This document shows positions 49,560 to 62,900 of a stretch of DNA of 64,000 nucleotides, piece by piece. The position numbers were made by a program, and so were the translations under genes. The notes beneath the pieces are model-generated. The model did no database searches and was not told the origin of the DNA. It saw only the letters and a program-made list of their open reading frames with translations. Source of the DNA: Camelus ferus (taxonomy: Eukaryota); contig NC_045707.1 of the NCBI RefSeq assembly GCF_009834535.1, positions 46,626,001 to 46,690,000 of the forward strand. The letters run 5' to 3'. Position 1 is the first letter of the stretch. The number at the start of each line of letters is the position of its first letter.

Positions 49560-50500
49560 CTATATGGTGGTAATTTGAAAGTCCTTCCACTATAACACAC
49601 TTGGAGAAGCTGAATGAAATATACTCATTGTATTCTCAAATGCAAAGGTGAGAGTAAAAAAAAGTAAGAAAAATCCTTGGGGGCCCAAACAAGAAGTTGA
49701 AAGCCCAAGCTCAGAAGGTATCTGCCAATTTCATAACCAAGAAACATGGTTTCAATGGCTCTGTGGGGACAAAAACAAGATCTCAGCCTTGCAAAAGTCA
49801 GGGGTGGGACTGAGAATGCTACAGAAATCCAGGACCCTAAAAAGTACACATTCCATGAAAAAGTGGGCTAGAAAACATTTGCTCCATAAGGGAGATGAGA
49901 CATAAATGTCTCATCTGTCTTGGCCAAGGTTTGAAGTGAGTAAAGACATCCCCTCAACAGTAGTGACTATAGACCCATTATCTCATGGGCTTGGATTTCC
50001 ATTTATATTACACTGTCCTTGAAATTTCAAAGCAGGAACTTAATATAAAGTGACCCCAGGCTTATAATATTCCTAGGCATTTAGCAGAAAAGGAAAAAAT
50101 TATTCCTTGAGGGATACATTTTAAGTCCAAAATTCAGAGCATCCCCATACGTAAAGCTCAGTTAACTTGTGCTCACAGTCCAAAACTGCAAACATGTGTA
50201 AGCAAGCTATTATCGGCAAAAAAAAAAGTAGCAGAAGGAGGACCACACACTTTCCCCCAAGAACTTCAGGGAGTGGAATTATCCAATATAGGATATAAAA
50301 ATTACATTTAATATATTGCAAGAAAATAAAAGATGGAATTGGAAGCACAAGAAAGCAACTAATTTAAAAAAAGCAAATAGAATCTCCAGAAGAGAAAAAA
50401 CAAAATGGCTGAAATTAAACTCTCAGTGGATGAGTTACTAGCAGATTAGATATGAATGAGAATTAGTCCTCTAGAAAATGCATGGCACAGAAAGAAAAAG
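49560..50500 (+). mobile_element. Ancient L1M/HAL1-like 5'/ORF1 remnant
   Basis: A-rich sense strand; gctgaaattaaactctcagtggatgagttactagcagattagat resembles the ORF1 coiled-coil region. Confidence 0.5.
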
Positions 50501-51009
50501 AGAGGGAAGGCATGGATGAGAGCCAGTTCTTCCCTGATGGTCCTAGACTTCCATTTTCTCACTCTTATTTGACACTGAGGAGAGTTAGAGTAGCTTCCCT
50601 TCAGGATACCATGGCTTAGATACATTAAAAAACACCCAATAACTATGCCCAATATGAAAAGGCTATCATAAAATATGCAAAAGGACCAAGTAAGGAATAC
50701 GAATAGAGCAGTATTTTTTGTTTTGTCAGCTGAATCCCAATGCCTAGAGCAATAGATAGTAAATACTATTTGCTCAAATCATCAGTGATATTATAAATTG
50801 CTGTATGTCACAGACTTTTAGTGACTTGTCCCTATAGCCAAACCCAAAAACCATAAGTCTGCTGATGATGAAAATCAGCTGGGTCCACCAGACATAATTT
50901 GGGAATACCAGTGTTCAAAACCAGTGATTCAAAAATAATGATTCATACCCAAAATGTAACATGTAACAAAAGAAAATCATTTCATACTGCCAGCATTATT
51001 GAGTATCTG

Positions 51010-51230
51010 TTGGTGGTAGTACACAGTATGGCACTCTGAAGTCAAACTGCTGAGTCTGAATCCTGGCTCTGCCATTTACTAGGTGTGTGCCCTTGGGTAA
51101 GCTACTAAACTTCTCTGTGCATTGGTTTCCCTCGTATGTACACTAAGGTTAACACCTATGTGAGATAATGTACCTAAAGCACTTAGTGCACCGTCAGCTC
51201 CATAGTTGGGACTTGATGAATGTCAGTGCT
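51010..51230 (+). mobile_element. MIR SINE
   Basis: tgagtctgaatcctggctctgccatttactaggtgtgtgcccttgggtaagctactaaacttctctgtgc. Confidence 0.88.
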
Positions 51231-51454
51231 CATGGTGAAGGTTTTGTGCTGGGCTGGAGGTACAGAGACGGAGAACATGTGGTTCACCTACTCACCCAAG
51301 TCCATCCACCTAAGTATGGCCAGGTCCCCAGTGGAGCTTGGGGCCTCTCATCCTTCCCAGAGACCTACTTTGGTTCCCAAATTCAATGATAGCAAGCACT
51401 TAGCTTTGCATAGTTCATTAGCTATGCATGCTTCCACTGCTTTCCTGTCTCTCC

Positions 51455-52150
51455 CTTATTTTTATTAAGAGTTTATTTATACAGACAGGAAATTGAGCAG
51501 AGTACAGAGACTTGCCAGATGGCATGCAGTTTCCCTATTATTAACTTCTTACATTAATGTGGTATGTTTGTTACAATTGAAGAATGAATATCAATACATT
51601 ACTATTGACTGAAGTCCATAGTTTCCTTGGATTTCCTTAATTGTTATCTAATGTACTTTTTTCTGTCCCAGGATACCACATTACATTTAGTTATCGTGTC
51701 ATCCTAGGCTCTTCTTGGCTGTGAGTCTTTCAGACTTTCTCTGTTTTTGATGACCTGGATGGTTTTGAAGAGTACTGGTTAGTCATATTAAGGGATGCCT
51801 CACTATTGGGCTTTGTCTAATGTTTTCCGTACGATTAGCCTACGGTTATGTGTTTTGGGGGAAGATCACAGAGGTAAATGCCATGTTCATCATGCCATAT
51901 CGAAGGTACATATGGTTAATGTGATTCATGACTGTTGATGTTGACCTTGATTACCTGGATTGAAGTAGAATTTATCCAGATCCTCCATCCACCGCAAGAT
52001 TACTCTTTGTCCTTCCTTTCCATACTGTACTTTTTTGGAAGGAAGTCACTATATACAGCCCAAACTTCAGGAATAGGGCTCCCCTCCCTCTCTTTTTTAA
52101 GGGCACAGGAGACATTATCTTCTTCTGTAGGTATATACATTTATTGAAAG
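51455..52150 (-). mobile_element. Old L1 3' UTR (L1MC/MD-like)
   Basis: gtggtatgtttgttacaattga...ccaggataccacattacatttagttatc...ttttgaagagtactgg...ttggaaggaagtcact. Confidence 0.85.
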
Positions 52151-52399
52151 TTGGATATTTTGTGATTGTGAGCAAGGGCTGGCAAGGAAAGAGGTTCTTA
52201 TCTCAGTGGAAGGCTGAGCTCCCAGTCTGAGGACAAAAGCCCAAGTGGAGATGGGCTGGTTTTCTTCCATTGTGGTCAAATGAGGTGAAACAACAGGATG
52301 GGAGAAAGTTACAGAAGTGGGTGGCATCTGTGATGGTGAACATCTGACAGTGAGCCTTGTGATGAATAGAGTTCTCCTCTTCTATATGATTTAAAATCT

Positions 52400-54440
52400 C
52401 TTCTTAAACTAAGGCCAGTGGTAATTCTTTGAGTTCCAGTGTAATTGTTATGCATTCACTATTTAAGGGAATTTTTTGAAAAAACTGTCAGTTTGACTGA
52501 AGAGGATTAGAAAAGAAGCAAGAACATTTTTAGACATTTTAAAAGAACTCATTTAGCTGCTTCCTAATTAATCAGTCTGTTTTCTGAGAGCAAACTGCTA
52601 TATAATTACTAGGGGAAAATTACTCTTAAAGAGAGCCCCTGTACTGTCTATAGGAAAACATGATTTTCTCACTGGTACTCAGGAAGACTTAATCTGCTTA
52701 ACAGGGGTGAACAATTGCATTGACAGAGTGATTTCCCATCATCTGGTCATTAAGGGTTAATCCTGTTTTAGAGCTACTTCTTTATAGGGAGTGTTGATGA
52801 GGGAAGAGAAAAAATAACCAGGTTGACAGGCACTGAATCCAAAATCCTGAGACATCTACCAGACTAGACACTCTTACTATATTAATACCTTTCTCTCCAC
52901 TACAGTCAAAGTCCCAGGTAGTTTTCAAGTATGTTGTGAGATAAAATCTCCCATATGATAAACGCCAAGTTTTATTTAAAAAGCAAGCAAGTCAGCATCT
53001 GGAAGCAAGTCTGCAGGCAGATCTTTAACTTGTAGGAATTCCATTGGGGATTTAATGTTTCTATAGCAGCAAATTTTGTTGTGGCACAAACTAAGTTTAA
53101 AGAATGCTGCAGGGTTTGCTTCTGTGATGTTGTGTTTCTTTTATTCTGTACAATCTATTACAGAGAGTCTCAAGATTTTGTAAATTATATATATGCTTGT
53201 TTTAATTGTATTTTCTAACAGTATTCTCCTGCAAAAACTCATTTAAGAACAGAAATTCAAATCTTTTGAATGATTTTGAGGGAAAGAACGGCATAAAGAA
53301 ATGACTGTTCCCCATTCAAAGCTGAAAATTTCTATGCAAGGCATTTTATTTCCCCAATAGTAATATGCTTTCATCATAGGAAAACTGACTGAATTTGAAA
53401 GAAAAATGAGGACATTATTAAAACTATTAGTAAGGCTGGAAACAATGCAGTAATTTTTAACCTAATGGTGCTGAGAGTGGCATGAATGTTCTTGATAATC
53501 CAGTCTTTGATGATGGATGCAGGTCTTTTTAGTCCATTTTAATGACTGAGATTGGTTTGCTTCAGAAGAAAAAGATTTAAGATATGAAAAAATTCCCATC
53601 TACATGTTCCTGAGAACTTTTTCTTGTAACCCTGACTATTATCGTTAAGTTATTTACAGTTTCATTTTTATAGAAAATTAGTTTTCAGCAGGTGGAACTG
53701 AAAATTACTGTCAGGAAAGGATGATTTCCAGGGGAGTTAAAATTAGTACACATTTTATGTTTTTACTGTACATATACACTTCTTCCACTTCTTATGACCT
53801 GAAGTCATAATCTTTCCATTGTGATGTCATAATCATTGCACAGAAACTAATAAAAGGTTTAAATCTTAGTGATTCAGAAGTCAAAAACTGGACTATTGCC
53901 CAGTGGATTCTTATTTATGAAAGCAAGGACGAAAGAAATGTAAGATACAAAATTTCATATGCAGATTTTCTCTCCTTAGAAGTTCCATGTTGAAATAAAC
54001 CTGGTTCTAAGGTGAGTATTTAAAACTTTTTCTTTGATATATTAGAGGAGATTTAACCATCAATGTTAAGTTACAGGCTATTCATTAGGCAAAGTGAAAT
54101 GTCTAAAGGTCAGGAGGACTGTGTCCCAAACCTTAGTCACAATTAAATGATGAATTTTGACAAGGATTCTCAACTGGGGATTAGGGAGATTAGAGAATGC
54201 ATGCTATACAGGTTTAAATACTTTGACTATGATTTCTTTTTAAGTATTATACTTCATTTACAAAAGGAACACAGTGTACATGTGGTTCATCAAAGAGGCG
54301 CAAGGGTAGCTTCATCTTCGGAATATTTTAGGTGATTCCATCCAATGCCTGACATGTTATGTGTGATTGGGAGGAAACAGCTGCTGCCAAGAAATGTTCC
54401 CTTACTATGCACAAATATCTGAAATTCTACTCAAAGTATA
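52400..54440. promoter_or_regulatory. ~2 kb repeat-free AT-rich block, candidate conserved non-coding/enhancer region
   Basis: No recognisable TE; homeodomain motifs ggatta 52504, taattaat 52565, taatcc 52758 and 53496; aacaat 52710. Confidence 0.4.
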
Positions 54441-54444
54441 TGGA

Positions 54445-55180
54445 GACTACAGTAGTATAGAAAAGACTGTATAAATTTTGGAAACAAAACTCAATTCCTA
54501 ACCCAGGACCCACCACTTACTAGCAGAAGGACTTTGGGCAACCTTAACCTCATCTATAAATTGGAGATAATGGTAACTGTGGAATCACTATCATGGGTCC
54601 ACTTTTCAGCCACTCTCACCTCCTGTCCTTTATTGCCATTCACTGTAGAGGCTGGAAGACCTGAAGTCCTTGCTCTCTCATTTCTCATGCAGAGAGGGGC
54701 AGCCAGGTGACCCAGTTCCAACCAGTAAGATGTAAATGGAAACCGGCTGGGGGCTTCTGAGAGAACTTTTGCTTCCTTGTAAAGGGACCAGGCCTGAAAG
54801 GAGATCTCACTGGTATCACTTCTTTTCTTTTTTCTCTCTGAAACCTTGGGCTTCATTAGCCATCTTGCATATGAAGAAACATGAATAAGGATAAAAAGCC
54901 AATATGCCAGGTATAGCAGAATAGAAAAATAAAAAGACTCTGGGAGTCTTTGATGGCATCATTGAGCTGATGAAATGCCAACTTCCAGACTTATTGTAAT
55001 GTGAGAGAATTAACTGCCTTTGAGGTTTAAGATACCATCTGTGAGCTATTCTGATTCTTGTGGCTGAAAGCATTTCTAACTGCCCATCTCATGAGCACAT
55101 TATAATGATTAAACGAAATGATAAAACCCTAGCACAGGACTTGGTTCACAGTAGGCAGAGAATGTATATTAGTCCCTTTC
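54445..55180 (+). mobile_element. MIR SINE split by an LTR
   Basis: ccacttactagcag...ctttgggcaa...catctataaattggagataatggtaac; resumes catctcatgagcacattataatgattaaacga...cctagcacagg. Confidence 0.75.
54578..55082 (+). mobile_element. Ancient ERVL/MaLR-class solo LTR
   Basis: gtgacccagttccaaccagtaagatgtaa...gccatcttgc...cttccagacttattgtaatgtgag...gaaagcatttctaactg; similar type to 27668-28143. Confidence 0.7.
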
Positions 55181-55289
55181 TCTATCCAGTGTTTTCCATA
55201 TGTCTTCAAGTACAAAGACACATTAACAGAGTGACTCATTAAATGGTTCACACTAATTCATTAATGTTTTCAGCTGCTTTTCTCTTCAG

Positions 55290-55488
55290 GAGGGGATATA
55301 AAAGACCTTACAGGCTATGTTGAGACTGTGTTGAAAATGGGGTGCACTGAAGGATTTTTCAGTGAGGATACCATATGGTGAGATTTGCATTTTTTGAGAA
55401 ATCAATCTAGAGGTTATGTGGGATATATTTGTGGTGGGATAAGCTGGCAGCAGGGGGAAGGAAGGAAAGTCTTGCACTTTGTAATAAT
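55290..55488 (-). mobile_element. L2 fragment
   Basis: gcactgaaggattttt...gagatttgcattttt. Confidence 0.55.
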
Positions 55489-55489
55489 C

Positions 55490-58400
55490 TAAAAGTAAGA
55501 AATATGAAAATTATGAAAGGAAAAATCTCATCAGAAAAGGCAAAAATACAGTAAAGGTAGTAGATCAATCACTTATAAAGCTTTAAGGCTTGTTAAAAGA
55601 CAAAAGGAGTAAAATCATCTATGTTTACAATAAGTAGTTAAGGGAAACACAAAATAAAAAGATATAAAGTATAATGTCAAGAACATTATGGGTGAAGAGT
55701 AGAAAAGCAAGGTTGTTAGAATGTATTCAAACTTAAGAGATCATCAACTTAAAATAATTGTGTGTGTGTATGTTGTTATATGTGAACCTCACAGTAAACT
55801 CAAACCAAAAATCTGTAAACATACACATACCAAAAAGAGAAAGGAATTCAAACATAACATGAAAGATTAGTCATCAAATCATAAGGGAAGGGAGCAAAAG
55901 AGAGAAAGAAAGAACTACAAAACTAACCAGAAAATAATTAACAAAACGGCAATAAGTGCATACCTATCAATAATAACTTTAAATGTAAATGGACTAAATG
56001 CTCCAATCAAAAGACAAAGAGTGACTGAACGGATTAAAGAAAACACCACCCTTAAATATGCTGCCTACAAGAGACTTACTTCAGATCTAAAGACAAACAG
56101 AGAATGAAAGTAAGGAGATGGAAAAAAGTATTTATGCAAATGCAAATGAAAAGAAAGCTGAGGTAGCAATACTTGTATCAGACAAAATATACTGTAAAAC
56201 AAAGGCTGTAACAAGAGACAGAGTATTACATAATAATAAAGGATTCAGTTCAACAAGAAGGTGTAACAATTGTAAATATATACCCAACACAGAAGCACCT
56301 AAATACATAAAGATTAACAAACATAAAGGGAGAAATTGCCAGTAACACAATAATAGTAGGGAACTTAAAACTCCACTTACATCAATTGACAGATTATCCA
56401 GACAAAATATCAATAAGGAAACATTGACCTTAAATGACACATTAGACCGAATGACCTTAATAGATATATATGGAACTTTCCATCCAAAAGCAGCAGAATA
56501 CACATTCTTTTCAAGTGCATGCAGAACATTCTCCAGGACAAATCACATATTGGGCCAAAAAACAAGTCTCCATGAATTTTACAAGACTGAAAGCATATCA
56601 AGCATCTTTTCTGACCACAGAGGCATGAGACTAGAAATCAGCTACAAGAAAAAAAAACTGCAAAAAACACAAACATGTGGAGGCTAAACAAGATGCTACT
56701 AAACAATCAATGGGTCACTAGAAAAATCAAAGAGGAGGTTAAAAAAATCTGGAAACAAATGAAAATGGAAACACAATGATCAAAAACCTATAAACAGCAA
56801 AAGCAGTTCTAAAAGGGGAGTTTATAAAGATACAAACCTACCTCAGGAAACAAGAAAAATCTCAAAGAAACAACTTAATCTTACACCTAAAGGAACTAGA
56901 AAAAGAAGAACAAGCAAAACCCAAAGTTAGTAGAAGGAAAGAAATCATAAATATCAGAGCAGAAATAAATAGAATAGAGACTAAAAAAAAAATCAATGAA
57001 ACTAAGAGCTGGTTCTTTGGCGAGATCAACAAAATTGATAAACATTTAGTTAGCCTCTTTGAGAGAAAAAGAGAGACAGCCCAAATAAATAAAATTAAAA
57101 ATGAAAGAGGAGAAGTTACAACCAACATCACAGAAATAAAAAGAATCACAGCAATTATTGTTAAAAATTTATATACCTATAAAATTGACAATTGATAAAA
57201 TCAAAAATGAGAAAGAAGTTACAACTGATATCATAGAAATACAAAGGATCATAAGAGATTACCACAAACAATTATACACCAACAAATAAAAATTGGAAAA
57301 CCTAGAAGGAACTGATAAATTCCTAGAAATAAATAATCTCCCAAGACTGAACCAGGAAGAAATAGAAAATATGAACAATTACCAGCAATGAAATTGAATC
57401 AATAATTAAAAAACCAAATCCCTAACAAACAAAAGTCCAGGACCAGATGGTTTCACTGGTGAATTCCACTAAATATTTAGAGAAGAATTAACATCTATCT
57501 TTCTGAAACTATTCTAATAAATTACAGAGGAAAGAACACTTCCAAACTCATTCTATGAGATGTCACCCTGATACCAAAACCAGACAAGGGCATCACAGAA
57601 AAAGAAAATTACAGACCAACATCACTGATGAACATAGATGCAAAAGTCCTCAACAAAACACTAGCAAACCAAATCCAACAATAGATTATAAGAATCATAC
57701 ACCATGATCAAGTGGGATTTATCTCAGGAATGCAAGGAATTTTCATTATCTGCAAATCAATGTGATACACCATGTTAAAAAACTGAAGAATAAAAACCAT
57801 ACGATCATCTCAATAGATGCAGAAAAAGCTTTTGACAAAATTCAATATTTATCTATGGCAAAAATTCTCAACAAAGTAGATACAAAGGAAATATACCTCA
57901 ACTTAAGGTAATTTACAGATTCAACACAATTCTTAATAATAAAGACCATATATGACAGACTTACAGTCAACATTATACTCAATGGTGAAAAGCTGAAAGC
58001 ATTTCCTCTAAGATCAGGAAAAAGACAAGGATGCCCACTCTCAGCACTTTTATTCAACATAGTTTTATAAGTCCTAGCCACAGCAATCAGAAAAGAAAAG
58101 GAAATAAAAGGAATCCAAACTGGAAAGGAAGAAGTAAAAATGTCACAGTTTACAGATACCATGATGCTATAGAGAGAGAATCCTAAGGATTCCACCAGAA
58201 AACTATTACAACTAATAAATGAATTCAATAAAGTTGCAGGATACAAAGTTAATATACAGAAATATGCTGCATTTCTATATAATTAACAACAAACTAGCAG
58301 AAAAAGAAATAAGAAAACAATCCCACTTACAACTCTGTCCAAAAGAATAAAATATCTAAGAATAAATTAAACCAAGGAGGTAAAGACCTGTAGTTAGTAA

Positions 58401-59940
58401 ACTATAAGACATTCATAAAAAGAAATTGAAGACAACACAAACAAATGGAAAGACATATCATGCTCATAGATCAGAAGACTTAATATTCTTAATATTGTTC
58501 AAATGACCATACAACCTAAGGTAATTTACAGATTCAACACAATTCCTATCAAAATACCAATGGCATTTTTCACAAAACTAGAACAAATAATTATACATTT
58601 TTAATGGAAACACAAAAGACCGTAAATAGCCAAAACAATCTTGAGGAAGAAGAACAAAGCTAGGGGTATAATATTCCCTGATAGCAAACTAAACTACAAA
58701 ACTACAGTAATCAAAATAATATGGTGTTGGCACAAAAATGGACACATAGATCAATGGAACAAAATAGCCCAAAAATGAACCCCTTCTAACACAGTCAATT
58801 AATCTAGGATAAAGGATGCAAGAATCAACAGAAGAGCAGCCTTCTAAATGGGAGCAGATATTTCCAAATGATATATCCAATAAGGGGTTAATATCAAAAT
58901 ATACAAAGAATTCATATAACTCAACATTAAAAAAAAAAAACACCTAATTAAAAACTGGGCAAAGCACCTAAATAGACATTTTTCCAAAGAAGGCATACAT
59001 ATGGCAAATAGACTCATGAAAAGATACTCAACATCAGAGAAATGCAAATCAAAACCACAATGAGATATTAACTCACATTTCATAAAATGGCTATTATCAA
59101 AAAGAGAACACATAGTAAGTATTGGCAAGGAGGAGGAGAAAAGGGAGCCCTCATGCGCTGTTGCTAGAAATGTAAACTGATGTAGATGCTATGGAAAATA
59201 ATATGGAGGTTTTTCAAAAAATTAAAAATAACCTAAAACAACCTAAGGAAATTTACATATGATTCAGCAATTCCACTTCTGGGCATTTTTTTGAAGATAA
59301 CAAAACACTAATTTGAAAAGATATATGCACCCCTGTGTTCACTGCAGCATTAACAATAGGCAGGATATGGAAGTAGTAAGTGTCTATCCATAGACAAAGA
59401 AGCGGTGTTTATGGATGTGTGTGTGTGTGTGTGTGTGTGATCCACACACAACAGAACATTACTCATCCATAAAACAGAATGAAATCTTGCCATTTGTGAC
59501 AACATGGATGGAATCAGAGAGTATTATACTAAATGAAATAAGTCAGCCAGAAAGTCAAATACTGTATGATTTCACTTACATGTGGAATCTAAAAAAACAG
59601 GACAAATGTGTAAACATAATTAAACAGAAAAAGAGTCATAGATACAGAGAACAAACAGGTAGTTGCCAGAGGGGAGGGGTGTGGGGGAAAGAGAAATAGA
59701 TGAGGGAGATTAACAGGTATAATCTCCCAGTTATTAAAAAAAAAAAAAAGTCATGGAGATGTAACGTACAGCATAGGGATTATAGTCAATAATACAATAA
59801 CTTTGTATGTTGACAGACGGTAATTAGATTTATTGTGGTGATCATTTTGTAACATATAAAAATACTGAATCACTATGTTGCACACCTGACACTAATATAA
59901 TGTCAACTGTATTTCAATTAAAAAAGAAAAGAAAACAATG
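55490..59940 (+). mobile_element. 5'-truncated LINE-1 (~4.4 kb): end of ORF1, spacer, disrupted ORF2, 3' UTR, A-rich tail
   Basis: Endonuclease start YLSIITLNVNGLNAPIKR at ~55960; RT motifs agtccaggaccagatggtttcac (SPGPDGF), atagatgcagaaaaagcttttgac (IDAEKAFD), agacaaggatgcccactctca (RQGCPLS); many frameshifts; apparent internal deletion near 58825. Confidence 0.97.
59416..59439 (+). repeat. (TG)12 microsatellite within L1
   Basis: Direct reading. Confidence 0.9.
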
Positions 59941-59949
59941 AAAATTAGT

Positions 59950-62900
59950 CTACTTTTAACATAAGCATTAGAGACTACTAAAGAAAAATTTATACTTGCA
60001 ATAGTCTGTTATTTAAGAAGATAAAACATTTGCCAACTGTAGTTCTTGTCTTAAGAAATTAGAAAACAAGAAAATAAAGCAAAACTGAATTAATATAAAG
60101 TTGAAATCAGAAAACAAAATAATAGTAAAAGGAGAACTAAATTGAAAAGTTATTCTTGATTAATAAAATAGAGATATAACTCATGTGTGATTATGAAAAA
60201 GTATAAAAATTTCACAACTTGATATAATTGCAGATACAAATAAACCAAATATAATTATAACAGAATGTACTTGCAACTCTTTGGTAATATATTTGAAAAC
60301 CTACAGTAAAAAAAGAATTTTCCTATAAATTTTAAGTTCTCAAAAGTGACCCAAGAAGGAGTGGAAAACTTTAATAGTTTAATTATCACAGAAATGTTTG
60401 GATAAATGGTTAATAAGTAATTATTTAAAAAGTCACCTGGACCAGACAGTTTCATACCTGAGTTCTGGGTAGCTTTAAAGAATCAATAATCCCAATAAAT
60501 TATTAAACTCATAAAGATGAAGATTAAAAACTTTCCAATTCCCCTTATGAAGCCTGCATAATTTAATACCCAAACCTGAAAATGAACCAGAAAAGATTTC
60601 TAATTAATCACACTGACAAATATAGATGCTAACATTCTACATTTTATTAAATATAATTCATTGGATTTTAACACACTCAATTCTAGAAATTTAAGGCTGA
60701 ATATAGGAAAATTTATAAATACTACATCAACAAATTAAAGGAAGAAAACCATTCCGTCAAATCAATGGATGCTATAAAGGCTTTGGATACATTCAGCAAC
60801 TATTTCTTAAAATACACATATACATATAGTAAAATAGGAATAGAAGGAAACTATTCCTATTATAATAAAGTTTGGGCATAAAAAAAATCAGCAGCAGATA
60901 CAGTTCTAAATGGTGAAATGTTATGGGAGATTGTACTCTTGTTCTTTATCTTGTTCTTTGCTGTTGCCTTCCCTACAAGAGGATTAGTCTTCCCTACCTT
61001 ATTAGTATCATGACATCATGGGGGAAAGTTTTGGCCATTTGATGTGCTTTGGCCAATGAATGTGAAAGGAAGAGACATATGTCACTTTGGATCTGATGCC
61101 GTAAGGACCACTGTATAAACTGACCATTGATATTCTTCCTGTTACAACAGTGGGAAATGTCAGTGAGAAGATGGGTCCTTAGGCTGGATCCCAGAATGAA
61201 TAGATACAAAAACAGAGCCACAGCTGACCCACAGCCAATCTATTAATCAAGTAAAAAACAAAACTTTGCTGTTGTAAGTCACTGAGATTTGGAGGTTGTT
61301 ATCACAATATCATATAGCAAAAGCTAAATAATATAAAAGTTACACCAGGAGTAGAGTGATACCAAAAACAAAAAAACAATCCACCAAGAAAACTTAAAAT
61401 ATAGGACCCCAGCTCTCAGGGCCAGGTAGTTATGGCAAGGAAATTGTCATCAGAGGTTGGAAAGATGGTGGTCCATATTCCATAGTGGTGAAACATGCTC
61501 AGAATGTTGCCAGTGGTGTCTCAGAAGGCAGAAAATGTACAAAATGAGCTTACGGATTTATGTGAAGAAGCAAAACACTGCTGGTATACATTGGTGGCTG
61601 TCATCCATGTCTGACAAATTATTTCTAGAATGAAGTGAACTCAGGAAAGAACTGGCAGATTTGCAACCATGTTTGGAAAATAGAATTGTTTATGATCTCC
61701 AACCAGTATAAAATCAAGTTGAGAAACACTTTGAGCAACAAAGGCCAATTAAGATAGTTCTGTGAAAAGAATCAAATCAAGACTATGGCCATCAAATCTT
61801 CTGTGAAGGCTTCTGAATCAATTAAGGTGGTGTACATAGTTGGAAAAAAAAATGGCTCAGGGAAAAATGACTATTTCATTACACTCCTGTAGAAGTTTGT
61901 AAGCTCAAATTACTCTGAATAAGCAAGACAAAATTGGGCAACATTTTTGGGAAAGATGTACTGCCAAACTTTTGGGCCTCCAAGCTTCTGTGGACAGAAA
62001 GCAAGATGAAAAAAGGTGCTGAGCCCCAAGGGAGAATATATTCGCCAGTTCCCTTTAAAAGTGATCAAGAGGGATAACAGAAATAGGAAGACCTCTGAGA
62101 GGACAGAGCCTCTCAAATGAAAAGCAATGGGCTGGAAAGCTACTTATAGGGAACAAAGGTGAGGTTTAATCAAGAACTTCCCCTCTACCCAGGATTTAAG
62201 CTCCCTGTAGCATTTCTTGTATGGAATTTTGAAATTGCTTTGGATCTGTGACCACTATATATCTTCTCCCTTCTCAATGGGATTATGAATAGAGGTTGTC
62301 CCATCTCTGTTTTCTACCATGGTATAGTAGAAGCATACAGGGCGTACACACAGTAACAGAGAGAGGGTAGATTCCTTTTCGTAGTTTTTAGGCTTCAAGA
62401 TCAAGAGGAGTCATATCTAAATATGATGTAGGGACTATTATCAAATCTTTTTTCCCCTCCTTTTTCAGTTTTATTAGGTAGAACTATTACAGTTTGACTG
62501 TATAACCAAATCTTGAATAGACTTGTTACTCATAATTAGATGAGACTTTGGGGAATGAATGGGTATGTTTATTTTGTGAATGAAAGGGAGGAAAGAAAAT
62601 ATTTTTGACCCTGGGGGTAGATATGGTAGATTGTATTACTGTTTCCAGTTATTTGCTGCTCTCCCTGTTTGAGTTAATTCTTTTACATGACATTGACATT
62701 AAGCTTGGCCTTGTGACTTGCTATGGCCCATGAATGTGAGTAGAAATGAAGTATGTCATTTCTTGAGAAGAAGCAGTAAGAACCATCTCCTTGTATGGCC
62801 ATGCTCTTTTCTTTCTATTACAGAATGGAAGATCCCAGATAGATGCTCTCTCTTTAGTTTAGATCCAGAAAAAAAGACTCGTGGAACAGAACCACAACCT

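Noticed and set aside
56118..56687. ORFs with endonuclease-like peptides (KKAEVAILVSDKI, YTFFSSA...TFSR)
   Set aside because: Frameshifted fragments of L1 ORF2, not a host gene or an intact retrotransposon
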